Origin: Nitrospiraceae bacterium | GTDB lineage: Bacteria > Nitrospirota > Thermodesulfovibrionia > UBA6902 | Assembly (NCBI GenBank): GCA_003599025.1 | Contig: QZIL01000043.1 | Location: forward strand, 2,630-66,629 | Length of the DNA: 64,000 nucleotides | Reading direction: 5' to 3' | Shown here: positions 27,053-36,642 of the stretch, in pieces | How the letters are laid out: each line of letters opens with the position of its first letter | How positions within the stretch are numbered: the first letter of the stretch is position 1 | Position numbers and translations under genes: made by a program | Notes under the pieces: model-generated | Seen by the model: only the letters and a program-made list of their open reading frames with translations | Told to the model about the DNA's origin: nothing | The model's database searches: none

Positions 27053-28572
27053 TCTGTCTTGCCTGTATTTTTATTTTTATACGCCTTTACGGCTTCCTTA
27101 AATTGTCTTCCCCTGTCTTCAAAGTCCTTAAACATGTCAAAACTGGCGCAACCGGGAGACAGCATCACCGTGTCTCCTGACAGTGCCTTTGACATTGACA
27201 GTGCGACCGCCTCTTCGAGACCGGCGACCCTGTGCGTCTCTGTTATGGACCCTAAGGCCTCTGCTATTACATCCGCTGCAGCGCCGAGCAGGATGAGCAG
27301 TTTCACCCTGGTTCTTATCAGATCACCGAGTACTGAAAAATCGCTCCCCTTATCAAGCCCCCCCATGATCAGGATTACGTTTTCAAAATCCGCAAGGGAC
27401 TTGGCCACTGCTCCAACATTTGTGCCCTTAGAGTCATTAATGAATCTCACACCGTTAATATCATCTACAAATTCAAGCCTGTGTTCAAGTCCCGGGAAGT
27501 TCTTGAGCACGTTTCTGACTGCATCAGGCCCGCACCCTGAAACCAGGGCAATCAGGGACGCTGCCATGGCATTTTCAAGGTTGTGCACTCCCTTGATCTT
27601 TATCTCATTCTGAGATATAAGCGGGAAGGGAGAAGAAGGAAGCGAGATGTGAGACGAGTTGCAATAAATCATTCCATTTTTCAGATATGCGCCCTCCACC
27701 TCAAACAAACGACTGAAGTAAATAATTTCAGGTTTTTCACTTTTCATTTCGAGCTTTTCACTTATAATTGTCCGTATCCCCGGGTCGTCCGCATTAAGGA
27801 CCAGATAATCTTCAGGGGTCTGATTATCAATGATCCTGGCCTTTGCGTCCGCATAGTCCTTCATGCTGTCATACCTGTCAAGATGGTCAGGAGTAATGTT
27901 TAGAATTGCAGCAACATTCGGCCTGAACTCTTCAATTGTTTCAAGCTGAAAACTCGAGATTTCAACGACTAAAAAATCAGGGCATGCAGGGACAGGTTTT
28001 AAACCTGTCCCTGCTGTCTTTAAAATTTCCTCTGTAAGCGCGTTGCCGATATTGCCTGCAAGGAGTGTATTAAAGCCTGCCTCTTTAAGCATAAGGTCAA
28101 CAAGTGTTGTGGTGGTCGACTTCCCGTTAGTGCCGGTAATGCCGATAAAACCAGGTGATGGGTGGCGGGTGATGAGTGATGGGCTTTCTGTATAGTCTTT
28201 ATTACTCATAACTCTTAACTCATAACTCTTAACTATCTGATATGCCAGCTCCAGTTCACCAATGACTGGTATCCCTTTTATATCTGCCTTGACCAGGAGC
28301 GGTATATACACGGGCACTCCGGGGCTTATTACTATCATGTCCATGGAATCAATAACCTCTCCGGCTTTTCCCTCTGCTATAAATTTCACTGAAGATGACA
28401 ACTGTTTTATCCGGTCAGCCAGTGTATCAGGGGATTTGCTGTCGGTAATCGACACCTTTGCCCCCAATTCAGCAAGAAGGTTTGCCGCGCCTGTACCGCT
28501 CCTTGCGAGGCCGACTACCAGGATGTTTTTACCTTTAAATTTATTTTTCTTTTCCTGTTTCACTTTTATCAT
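27049..28572 (-). CDS. murD: UDP-N-acetylmuramoylalanine--D-glutamate ligase
   Basis: 507 aa. Motifs are ILVVGLARSGTGAANLL, ITGTNGKSTTTTL and NDSKGTN. It looks longer than usual because of a ~27-aa repeat-derived segment just before the P-loop. Confidence 0.95.
   Translation of the reverse strand: MIKVKQEKKNKFKGKNILVVGLARSGTGAANLLAELGAKVSITDSKSPDTLADRIKQLSSSVKFIAEGKAGEVIDSMDMIVISPGVPVYIPLLVKADIKGIPVIGELELAYQIVKSYELRVMSNKDYTESPSLITRHPSPGFIGITGTNGKSTTTTLVDLMLKEAGFNTLLAGNIGNALTEEILKTAGTGLKPVPACPDFLVVEISSFQLETIEEFRPNVAAILNITPDHLDRYDSMKDYADAKARIIDNQTPEDYLVLNADDPGIRTIISEKLEMKSEKPEIIYFSRLFEVEGAYLKNGMIYCNSSHISLPSSPFPLISQNEIKIKGVHNLENAMAASLIALVSGCGPDAVRNVLKNFPGLEHRLEFVDDINGVRFINDSKGTNVGAVAKSLADFENVILIMGGLDKGSDFSVLGDLIRTRVKLLILLGAAADVIAEALGSITETHRVAGLEEAVALSMSKALSGDTVMLSPGCASFDMFKDFEDRGRQFKEAVKAYKNKNTGKTE
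28154..28234 (-). repeat. Periodic-arm element inside the murD coding frame (two 7-mer arrays)
   Basis: The arrays are GGTGATG GGTGGCG GGTGATG AGTGATG, then a 20-nt centre, then ACTCATA ACTCTTA ACTCATA ACTCTTA. The total is 81 nt, or 27 codons. It is translated as YELRVMSNKDYTESPSLITRHPSP. The reverse-complement array recurs at 60915-60953. Confidence 0.75.
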
Positions 28573-28587
28573 TTATGTTTTACTTCA

Positions 28588-28620
28588 GTCTGTTTTCTGA
28601 AATCTGCGCTCTGCGTTCTT
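28588..28620. repeat. CTGYGYT-type 7-mer array in the mraY-murD spacer
   Basis: The sequence GTCTGTTTTCTGAAATCTGCGCTCTGCGTTCTT resembles the arrays at 23391 and 31163. Confidence 0.5.
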
Positions 28621-28621
28621 T

Positions 28622-29704
28622 TTATCTCACCTTTAGCGTCGTCAAACTCAAAAGAGCCAGGATAATTCCCGCGATCCAGAACCTTACAATGACCTTTGGC
28701 TCCGGCCATCCCTTCACTTCAAAATGATGGTGGATCGGAGCCATCCTGAATACCCTCTTCCCGGTCAGCTTGAATGACGCCACCTGAATTATTACTGAAA
28801 AAGTCTCTATAACAAAAATACCACCTACTACCGCCAGTACTATCTCCTGTTTTGTTATTACTGCAAGTGTACCCAGCGAGCCGCCAAGGCTGAGGGAGCC
28901 GACGTCCCCCATAAAGATCTCGGCCGGATAACTGTTGTACCATAAAAACCCGAGAGAGGCCCCGAACATTGCCCCGCAGAAAACAGTAAGCTCACCGGTG
29001 CCGGGCAGGAAGAGTACATGCAGATACTGTGAAAATCCGGCATGGCCTGATATGTACACAAGTGCCCCGTTTGCCAGGCACGCTATGCCCACCAGTCCGA
29101 TGGCAAGCCCGTCTATGCCGTCTGTAAGATTGACTGCATTTGAAGAGCCGACAATGACAAGTATGGAAAACGGGATATAAAACCACCCGAGGTCTATCAG
29201 CCATTTCTTGAAAAAAGGTATGCTTAATTTTGCGGCATATATGTCATTAGGGTCGTGGTAAAAGAATATCCCGATTATAAGTGCCAGCACTATCTGGGCG
29301 CCGAACTTGTACCAGCCCCTTAAGCCCTTGGGGTTCTTTTTTATGGACTTGAGATAGTCATCTGTAAACCCTATCAGACCAAAACCCAGCAAAGCCGTCA
29401 TCATTATCAATATATATCTGTTGCTTAAGTCTCCCCACAGCAGCACACTGACGGATATAGACAGAATGATCAGCAGACCGCCCATAGTGGGCGTCCCTTC
29501 TTTGCCCAGATGAGTCCTGGGACCATCATCCCTGACATGCTGGGTGAAACTCCATTTCCTGAGTTTTTCAATGATCCATGGCCCCAATACCAATGTAGTC
29601 ACTATCGCCGTAATGATCGCTAGTGCGGTCCTGAACGTAATATAGCGAAATACGTTAAAAGGGGAGTATATGTCATAAAGAGCATAAAACAGTTTATACA
29701 GCAT
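28622..29704 (-). CDS. mraY: Phospho-N-acetylmuramoyl-pentapeptide transferase
   Basis: 360-aa polytopic protein. Motifs are TPTMGG, NAVNLTDGIDGLA and MAPIHHHFE. Confidence 0.97.
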   Translation of the reverse strand: MLYKLFYALYDIYSPFNVFRYITFRTALAIITAIVTTLVLGPWIIEKLRKWSFTQHVRDDGPRTHLGKEGTPTMGGLLIILSISVSVLLWGDLSNRYILIMMTALLGFGLIGFTDDYLKSIKKNPKGLRGWYKFGAQIVLALIIGIFFYHDPNDIYAAKLSIPFFKKWLIDLGWFYIPFSILVIVGSSNAVNLTDGIDGLAIGLVGIACLANGALVYISGHAGFSQYLHVLFLPGTGELTVFCGAMFGASLGFLWYNSYPAEIFMGDVGSLSLGGSLGTLAVITKQEIVLAVVGGIFVIETFSVIIQVASFKLTGKRVFRMAPIHHHFEVKGWPEPKVIVRFWIAGIILALLSLTTLKVR

Positions 29705-31070
29705 TTGTTATACCTTCAACAATTCTTTCCATGGACATCGAACGAGACCCTTTTACGAGTACGGTATCGCCCTGTCTAAGAATGTCCATTATGTTTTTTT
29801 TTGCCGCATCCGCATCAGGGAAAATATAGACATCAGGGGCCGGCTTGCCCCCTTTTTCCTTCCTGCATTCTTCTGCTGCAATGGCCATCAATTCTCCGAC
29901 AGCCACAAAGACATTCACTCCTGCCTCACGCACCATGTCTCCGGCAGCCCTGTGTTCCTTTTCCGCGAACGCATCCAGTTCACGCATGTCACCAAGTACA
30001 GCGACTGTTCTGCCTCCAGCACCGAGACGGACGAGCTCGTTCACCGATTTTTCAACTGACGACGGATTTGCATTATATGAATCATTTATCACTGTAATGC
30101 CTTTGACGTTCATGATTTCAAAGCGCATCGGTATGCTCTTGTGTTTTTCAAGGGCTGTCTTTATTTCACCGAGGCCCACTCCCAGAGACACACATGCTGC
30201 CGAAGCGGCAAGCGCGTTATACACATTAAAAAGACCGGGGACATTCAGGCTGACCCATACGCCCTCAGCTTTTACTGTCTCGAGCATGAAAGCACTGCCT
30301 GATTGTGAGACCTTCAGATGTTTTGCCATAACATCAGACGGGTTGTTCATGCCGAATGTAATGATCTCCGCATTGAAATTCCTTAATTCTTCGACCCCCT
30401 GCATCAGAAACCGGTCGTCGTTATTTACAACTGCCACGCTTACCCTTTCAAGGACCTCAAGCTTTGCAGCACGCACAGCTTCATAACTGCCGAGCCTGCC
30501 GACATGGGCCGAGCCGACATTGGTTATTACGCCATGGGTCGGTCCGGCTATCTCACACAACCTTCTGATTTCACCCGAAGCGTTCATCCCCATTTCAAGT
30601 ACTACTGCCTCATCATAGGGGTTCAGCCTCGTAAGGCTTAGCGGCAGCCCGATATGATTGTTAAGATTACCTTCATTCTTCAGCGTCCTGAATTTTTCTG
30701 AAAGTATCCCGTAGATCATTTCTTTTGTTGTGGTCTTGCCGTTACTGCCGGTCACTGCCACCACCGGTATATCAAGCTTCATCCTGAGGAAATGTGCCAG
30801 GTCCTGCAAGGCCCTGAGCGTGTCCTTCACATAGATAACGGTTTTGCCTTCTGGCAATTGCCCCTGCTTGATGTCGACCACAGTCCCGCTTCCTTTTAAC
30901 AGGGCCTTTCCAAGAAATTCATGACCATCGAACCTCTCTCCCCTGATAGCAAAAAATATTTCTTCCTCTGAAATCTTTCTTGAGTCAATGGAGACACCCT
31001 TAAATGTCCTGCCATTCTCCGATAGGAGCTCTCCTCCGGTTGCTTCAATTATGTCTTCTACAGTTAACAT
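29694..31070 (-). CDS. murF: UDP-N-acetylmuramoyl-tripeptide--D-alanyl-D-alanine ligase
   Basis: 458 aa. Motifs are VTGSNGKTTTKEM and NDSYNANP. Its position is between murE and mraY. Confidence 0.95.
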   Translation of the reverse strand: MLTVEDIIEATGGELLSENGRTFKGVSIDSRKISEEEIFFAIRGERFDGHEFLGKALLKGSGTVVDIKQGQLPEGKTVIYVKDTLRALQDLAHFLRMKLDIPVVAVTGSNGKTTTKEMIYGILSEKFRTLKNEGNLNNHIGLPLSLTRLNPYDEAVVLEMGMNASGEIRRLCEIAGPTHGVITNVGSAHVGRLGSYEAVRAAKLEVLERVSVAVVNNDDRFLMQGVEELRNFNAEIITFGMNNPSDVMAKHLKVSQSGSAFMLETVKAEGVWVSLNVPGLFNVYNALAASAACVSLGVGLGEIKTALEKHKSIPMRFEIMNVKGITVINDSYNANPSSVEKSVNELVRLGAGGRTVAVLGDMRELDAFAEKEHRAAGDMVREAGVNVFVAVGELMAIAAEECRKEKGGKPAPDVYIFPDADAAKKNIMDILRQGDTVLVKGSRSMSMERIVEGITNAV

Positions 31071-31118
31071 GATTTATTATTCAATCCGTTGCAGACCGTT
31101 AATCAGACGATCATATCC

Positions 31119-31203
31119 CAGAACACAGATAACAGACTAAAAGCCGGCAAATTTGTAGTTCCTCTGTGCTCTGTGCTCTTTGCTCTGAGATCTGTGTTCT
31201 GTT
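31119..31203. repeat. Periodic-arm hairpin element in the murE-murF spacer
   Basis: CAGAACACAGAT (31119-31130) is a perfect complement of ATCTGTGTTCTG (31190-31201). The right arm is the 7-mer array CTGTGCT CTGTGCT CTTTGCT CTGAGAT CTGTGTT. Confidence 0.65.
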
Positions 31204-31210
31204 TTTCTTT

Positions 31211-32710
31211 TCATCTGCTGTTTATCGCCTCTCTGGCAATCTCTTTATCACTGAAGTGATGTCTCACCCCGTTTATTTCCTGATAATTTTCGTGCCCCTT
31301 CCCTGCAATTACAACAGTGTCTCCTGCTCCTGCCATTGATATCGCTTCCCTTATGGCCTCTTCCCTTGCAGGCTGAACTTTATAATTGCTTTTCTTAACT
31401 CCCTTCAGGATGTCTTCTATAATTTCCATAGGAGACTCGGTCCGCGGGTTATCAGAGGTAATGACCACCAGATCACTCAGCTCAGTTGCAACACCACCCA
31501 TTAACGGTCTCTTTGTCCTGTCCCTGTCGCCGCCGCATCCGAAGACTGTAATGACCCGATTTCCTGTTATGGCCCTCGCCTCTTCGATACATTTTCTCAG
31601 CGCGTCATCCGTGTGTGCATAATCAACAATGCACAGAAAAGTCTGTCCCTCGTCAATATTCTCAAACCTTCCGGGGACAGGTTTCGCATGCTTAATACCG
31701 TATTGGATTACATCGTCTTCAAAGCCGAGTGAATAAGCTATCCCTGCTGACATGAGAATGTTGTATACATTAAATCGTCCAATAAGACCTGAGTTGACAG
31801 AAAATCTGCTCTTCGGTGTAGAGATATCAAAAGACATCCCGAATCCCGTCTCCTGCCCCTTCCCTCCTGCCACTAACTCACTTATGTTCTCCGCCCTTAT
31901 CATGGCCCCTTCCTCAATTCCGCATGTTATAACATTACAGTCCAGCGTTCTTGCCAGGGGTCTTATCATCGGGTCATCAATGTTCAGCACTGCGCTGCCG
32001 TCCCTGTCGAGATAATGAAAAAGCCTGTTCTTGGCCTTATAGTACTCATCCATTGTGCCGTGAAAATCAAGATGGTCCCGGGTAAAATTCGTAAAAGCCG
32101 CTGTCCGGAAAGAACAACCTGCAACTCTCATCAAAGACAGGGCATGGGAAGAGACCTCGATAACTGCATACTGCATCTGATTGTCCACCATTTCATTTAA
32201 ATACCTCTGAAGGTCCATTGACTCAGGGGTGGTGTTAAATGCATTTGTAATCCCGTCACCGGTCATATAGCAGATCGTCCCGAGCAGACCTGAAGTTTTG
32301 CCACCTGCCTCGATAATGCTTTTTGTAATAAAGCTTGTAGTCGTTTTGCCGTTTGTCCCTGTTATGCCTATCAGCGACAAACGCTTTGAAGGATGACCGT
32401 AGAAAGACGCAGAAATAAGGGCAAGAGCCTCCCTTGAATCGGGAACCTCAATAAATGAGATCTCGTCCTGTCCGGCAAGTTGCCTTGCTCTTTTCAATTC
32501 CACTGCATGCTCTGCAACCACTGCAGAAGCCCCCCTGCTTATTGCATCATCTATGTAATCATGGCCGTCAACGGACAATCCCCTGACTGCCACAAAAAGA
32601 AAATCCTTTTTTACAAGTCTTGAATCATAGGCGATTCCCTTTATATCCTTATTTCGCGGTCCGAGTCTGGATTTTATCCTCAGACCCTCTGTCAGTTTTG
32701 AATCTGTCAT
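31211..32710 (-). CDS. murE: UDP-N-acetylmuramoyl-L-alanyl-D-glutamate--2,6-diaminopimelate ligase
   Basis: 499 aa. Motifs are ITGTNGKTTTS, VDYAHTDDAL and the DAP-type GGDRDRTKRP. Confidence 0.95.
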   Translation of the reverse strand: MTDSKLTEGLRIKSRLGPRNKDIKGIAYDSRLVKKDFLFVAVRGLSVDGHDYIDDAISRGASAVVAEHAVELKRARQLAGQDEISFIEVPDSREALALISASFYGHPSKRLSLIGITGTNGKTTTSFITKSIIEAGGKTSGLLGTICYMTGDGITNAFNTTPESMDLQRYLNEMVDNQMQYAVIEVSSHALSLMRVAGCSFRTAAFTNFTRDHLDFHGTMDEYYKAKNRLFHYLDRDGSAVLNIDDPMIRPLARTLDCNVITCGIEEGAMIRAENISELVAGGKGQETGFGMSFDISTPKSRFSVNSGLIGRFNVYNILMSAGIAYSLGFEDDVIQYGIKHAKPVPGRFENIDEGQTFLCIVDYAHTDDALRKCIEEARAITGNRVITVFGCGGDRDRTKRPLMGGVATELSDLVVITSDNPRTESPMEIIEDILKGVKKSNYKVQPAREEAIREAISMAGAGDTVVIAGKGHENYQEINGVRHHFSDKEIAREAINSR

Positions 32711-32770
32711 GTATCATTTTCATTAAATCCATTTGCAAAACCGTCTGTTTTTTCAGCACAGGCCCGACAC

Positions 32771-34582
32771 TTACTGGACCGCGCTCACCAGCACGACCCT
32801 GTTCTCGTCTTTTTCCATGGGAACATCAAGATATGCAAACGTATGTTCAATAATATTTTTAAACACAGGGGCTGCGACAACTCCTCCGTATGAGGCCCCT
32901 TTCGGTTCAAACACAACAACTATCAGAGCCACCCTCGGATTGTCCGCAGGCACAAACCCGACAAAGGAACTTGCAAACTTGTCCGGAGAGTATCGGCCGA
33001 TCTTCGGATCAAATATCTGTGCAGTACCGGTTTTCCCTGCCACGAGATTGCCGCGTATACTTGCCTTCTGGGCAGTGCCCCCTTCCTCAACAACTGTCTT
33101 GAGTATGTCTTTCATTTTATCGGAAGTAGTCTTTGAGATGACCCTCCTCTCTTCCACTGGTCCAACCTTCTTTATGACTTCACCGGTGGGGGAGATAATG
33201 TCAGACACTATATAGGGCTTCATTAATAACCCGCCGTTTGCTATGGCGGAATATGCCCTGACCATCTGGAGCGGCGTCATTCCTATTTCCTGACCTATTG
33301 ATATGGCGCCAATAGACGTTCCGGACCAGTTTTTTACATTTCTTACAATTCCTTTTACTTCACCGGGAAAATCAATGCCGGTCTTGTCACCAAATCCGAA
33401 TTTTTTGATGTACTCATAATATTTCTCTGCGCCAAGCCTCTGTCCAATCTTTACAGACCCGACGTTTGACGACTTCTGTATGACCTCCTGAAAGCTGAGC
33501 ACACCGTTTCTGTGCACATCGCGAATTGTCTTTCCGCCAACGGTTATTGAGCCCTTTGAAACATCAAAAATGTCTCTCATGCTCACGACCTTTTCTTCCA
33601 GAGCAGCGCTTGCGAGAATTGACTTCATTGTTGAACCGGGCTCAAAGAGGTCAGTGATCGCCCTGTTCCTCTTTTCTTCTGCACCGGCCTCTGCCGGAGA
33701 ATTCGGGTCGTATGTCGGCCTGTTCGCAAGCGCGAGGATCTCTCCTGTCATGGGGTCCATCATAATTGCTACGGCCGACTTTGCCTTCCACTGCTCCATG
33801 GCAGCGGAAAGTTCCCTCTCGACAATGTACTGAATACCCTCGTCGATAGTGAGTATCAGATTGTTGCCCGGCATGGCGTCTTTAATGTCACCTCCAAGAC
33901 TTCTCCCATGGGCGTCAACACCTACAGAGACACTCTTCACCTCTCCCTTTAAATACTCATTGTAAACAAGCTCAAGACCTGCGATGCCATGATCATCGAT
34001 ATTTGAGAAACCCAGGATATGAGATGCTATCTCACCCTTGGGATAACAGCGCTTCGGTTCCTTCACAAAACCGATCTCCCCCTCGTCAAACCGGTCCCGC
34101 AGTGTACTCAGTTTCAGGCTTGTGTCCCGGTCCATTCTCCTTGCGAGCCATGCAAAGGACTTCTTCTTCCTCTTTGACAATATACCGTCGACCTCTCCGG
34201 TCGATACCTTTATTATTGGTGCTATTTCAGCAGATATTGCACGCGTATCGTTAATCTGTGAAGGCACTGCAAACAGGGAATCAGTTTCGATATTGGTAGC
34301 GAGTTCCTTCAGGCTTCTGTCCCATATCACCCCGCGCTGGGGGGTGAAGACTTTTTCTTTAATATACTGCTGGGCCGCCCTCTGGGACAGCTTTTCGTGA
34401 TCAAGGACCATCAGGTTGACCAGGCGAAAAAATATTGCGGCAAAACAAAACAGGATTATCGTAACGAGAACCACCGCCCTCTTTTTACTTCTCTGAAGCG
34501 GTATTCTTACAGGGTCCTCGTCCCAGAGTTTTCTCGTCTCTTCTCTGTCGGTCCTTCCTCTCCGCATATTTTTATTCAGCAA
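32771..34582 (-). CDS. ftsI: Penicillin-binding protein 3-like transpeptidase FtsI
   Basis: 603 aa with an N-terminal TM anchor. The active-site triad motifs STMK, SSN and KTGT are present. Confidence 0.95.
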   Translation of the reverse strand: MLNKNMRRGRTDREETRKLWDEDPVRIPLQRSKKRAVVLVTIILFCFAAIFFRLVNLMVLDHEKLSQRAAQQYIKEKVFTPQRGVIWDRSLKELATNIETDSLFAVPSQINDTRAISAEIAPIIKVSTGEVDGILSKRKKKSFAWLARRMDRDTSLKLSTLRDRFDEGEIGFVKEPKRCYPKGEIASHILGFSNIDDHGIAGLELVYNEYLKGEVKSVSVGVDAHGRSLGGDIKDAMPGNNLILTIDEGIQYIVERELSAAMEQWKAKSAVAIMMDPMTGEILALANRPTYDPNSPAEAGAEEKRNRAITDLFEPGSTMKSILASAALEEKVVSMRDIFDVSKGSITVGGKTIRDVHRNGVLSFQEVIQKSSNVGSVKIGQRLGAEKYYEYIKKFGFGDKTGIDFPGEVKGIVRNVKNWSGTSIGAISIGQEIGMTPLQMVRAYSAIANGGLLMKPYIVSDIISPTGEVIKKVGPVEERRVISKTTSDKMKDILKTVVEEGGTAQKASIRGNLVAGKTGTAQIFDPKIGRYSPDKFASSFVGFVPADNPRVALIVVVFEPKGASYGGVVAAPVFKNIIEHTFAYLDVPMEKDENRVVLVSAVQ

Positions 34583-34684
34583 TGCTGCACCTGCTCCCTG
34601 TCCTTATTCTTCATCCCACAATACAATCAGTTTCATAAAGATCAAAATTCCCTGCTGCCCAGTATAATAAAAACTGTTTTGACC

Positions 34685-35017
34685 TTACTTCAGTGACGCG
34701 GTACGCGGGCCTGCAGCAGAGGTCCGGGTAACAAAGAATATGTTGTCCCTTTCCGGATTGCTCATGCCAAGCCGGTTTAACGCCACTTTTTCAACATTTC
34801 CCATCGCAAAAAAATTGGCCCTGTGAACAACTGCCATTTCCTTCTCACTCACGAGGTCTGCCCTCAACCTGTCCAGCTTGCCGAGCTCGTATTCTAGATT
34901 GACTACAGCAGCCTTGAGCCACACTATGGCAAGCAGGCTAAAGCCTATATAAACAAAGAAGGCGGCCTTTATAAACGTCCCGCTTTTTTTATTGTTTCTG
35001 TTTCTTCTTGTGTTCAT
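34685..35017 (-). CDS. ftsL: Cell division protein FtsL-like
   Basis: 110 aa with a basic N-terminus, a single TM segment and a coiled coil. It sits between rsmH and ftsI, and its start overlaps the rsmH stop. Confidence 0.75.
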   Translation of the reverse strand: MNTRRNRNNKKSGTFIKAAFFVYIGFSLLAIVWLKAAVVNLEYELGKLDRLRADLVSEKEMAVVHRANFFAMGNVEKVALNRLGMSNPERDNIFFVTRTSAAGPRTASLK

Positions 35018-35889
35018 ATTTTTTCCCCCACTCTAAGTTTTGCACTCCTTGATGAAGGATTGCTTTGCCGTTCCGTACGGCCAGGGACCAGTGGTTTTTT
35101 TGTAATTATGTTAAAACGCCCTTCCCTGGCAAGATTTCTGAATGCATTTTTTACTATCCTGTCTTCGAGGGAATGATAGGACAGGATGCAGAACCTGCCA
35201 CCGGTATCAAGCAGTTCCACCCCTGCCTCAATAGCAGCCGGCAATTCCTCCAGTTCCCTGTTAACTTCAATCCTCAGCGCCTGAAATGTCCTTGTTGCAG
35301 GATGGATCTTCCCCCGTCTTCTTACTGACCTCTCGATAATTGCAGCAAGTTCTCCGCAGGACCTGATCGGGGCCTTCTTTCGGGCATAAACTATCGCCTT
35401 TGCTATTCTACGGCTGAATCTCTCCTCTCCGAATTTCCAGATGATGTCGGCAAGGTCCTTTTCAGGATATTTATTTACAACTGCCTCAGCTGTCATGTCC
35501 TGCCTTTTGTCCATTCGCATATCCAGAGGTTCATCCCTTAGAAAGCTGAACCCCCTGCCTTCTGATTTCAGATGCAGGGCTGACACTCCAATATCAAGGA
35601 GTATCCCGTTTACCTTGTTAAATCCAAGACCCTTCACAACGCTGCCTATATTTGAGAAGCTGTCCTGCACAAGATGGACCGAATTATATTCCCTTAAACG
35701 CCGGCCTGCAATTTCAATCGCCTTGTCATCCCTGTCTATTCCTATCAATGTGCACTGTCCGGCAAGCTGCATAATGCCTTCAGCATGCCCTCCGAGGCCA
35801 ACAGTTGCATCAACATATACTCCTGAATTCTCTATCTTCAATGCCTCAATGACCTCCTCCCGCATTACCGGGACATGTACTATTTCCAT
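35014..35889 (-). CDS. rsmH: 16S rRNA (cytosine1402-N4)-methyltransferase
   Basis: 291 aa. Motifs are HVPVM, YVDATVGLGGH, GILLDIGVS and SYHSLEDR. Confidence 0.96.
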   Translation of the reverse strand: MEIVHVPVMREEVIEALKIENSGVYVDATVGLGGHAEGIMQLAGQCTLIGIDRDDKAIEIAGRRLREYNSVHLVQDSFSNIGSVVKGLGFNKVNGILLDIGVSALHLKSEGRGFSFLRDEPLDMRMDKRQDMTAEAVVNKYPEKDLADIIWKFGEERFSRRIAKAIVYARKKAPIRSCGELAAIIERSVRRRGKIHPATRTFQALRIEVNRELEELPAAIEAGVELLDTGGRFCILSYHSLEDRIVKNAFRNLAREGRFNIITKKPLVPGRTERQSNPSSRSAKLRVGEKI

Positions 35890-35971
35890 CTATAGAACAG
35901 ATATCTTCATATCTGAAAAACAAAATATGAAACATGTAACGTTGCGGTTTACCATAATCGCTTTTAGTGTT

Positions 35972-36424
35972 TTACAAACCAAGTTTTGTAAATTCCTCCT
36001 TGAAAGACTGCTTGTCTATCTTGGACGGGTCTGCCACCCCTTCGAATTCGCTTCTGTTCCATATCTCTATCCTGCTCCCAAGACCCAAAATAACGACTTC
36101 GCTGTTCAACCCGGCATCCACCCTCAGGGCTGAAGAGACAAGGACCCTGCCCTGCTTGTCAATTTCACATTCAACAGCAGAGCCGATCACCCTGCGCATG
36201 AAATATTTGACCGAATCGTTTGTCTGGGGCAACTGGCTTACTTTCTCGATAAGCTTCTGCCATTCATCAACTGCATAAGCACACAGACACCTGTCAAACA
36301 CCTCATTTGTTATAATTAATTTGGAGGAATGATTTGAGGAAAGGATCTCGCGAAAGGGCGCAGGAACGATTAATCTTCCCTTCGGATCCAGTGAGTTATA
36401 ATGTTTTCCTGAAAAACCTGACAT
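35972..36424 (-). CDS. mraZ: Transcriptional regulator MraZ
   Basis: 150 aa with a duplicated SpoVT/AbrB-like module (LDPKGRLIVPAPFRE and IDKQGRVLVSSALR). It is the first gene of the dcw cluster. Confidence 0.95.
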   Translation of the reverse strand: MSGFSGKHYNSLDPKGRLIVPAPFREILSSNHSSKLIITNEVFDRCLCAYAVDEWQKLIEKVSQLPQTNDSVKYFMRRVIGSAVECEIDKQGRVLVSSALRVDAGLNSEVVILGLGSRIEIWNRSEFEGVADPSKIDKQSFKEEFTKLGL

Positions 36425-36430
36425 CTTTCC

Positions 36431-36455
36431 TCCACTTTATGACACTTTTTCCCAC
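36431..36455 (-). promoter_or_regulatory. Putative MraZ operator: three direct repeats with 10-nt period
   Basis: The minus strand reads GTGGGaaaaaGTGTCataaaGTGGA, between the -10 element and the mraZ ATG. Three GTG(G/T)-type boxes spaced one helical turn apart match the MraZ-box pattern described in E. coli and Mollicutes. Confidence 0.6.
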
Positions 36456-36466
36456 CAATACAAATG

Positions 36467-36495
36467 AGTATATTTATGTTTTTAATACTTGTCAA
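36467..36495 (-). promoter_or_regulatory. Sigma70-type promoter of the mraZ/dcw operon
   Basis: The minus strand reads TTGACA - 17 nt - TATACT, about 40 nt upstream of the mraZ start. Confidence 0.7.
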
Positions 36496-36642
36496 GAGAA
36501 AAAAAAATGTTTTTTTACACTTCCTATATTTTGTGGTGTAATATTCTAATTCATACAAGTTATGGGACAAATACAGTAAGTCACATCCGTGAACAACCAG
36601 CCTTGCGTCTCATCATCTATATAATGTATCCTGATATGTTAA

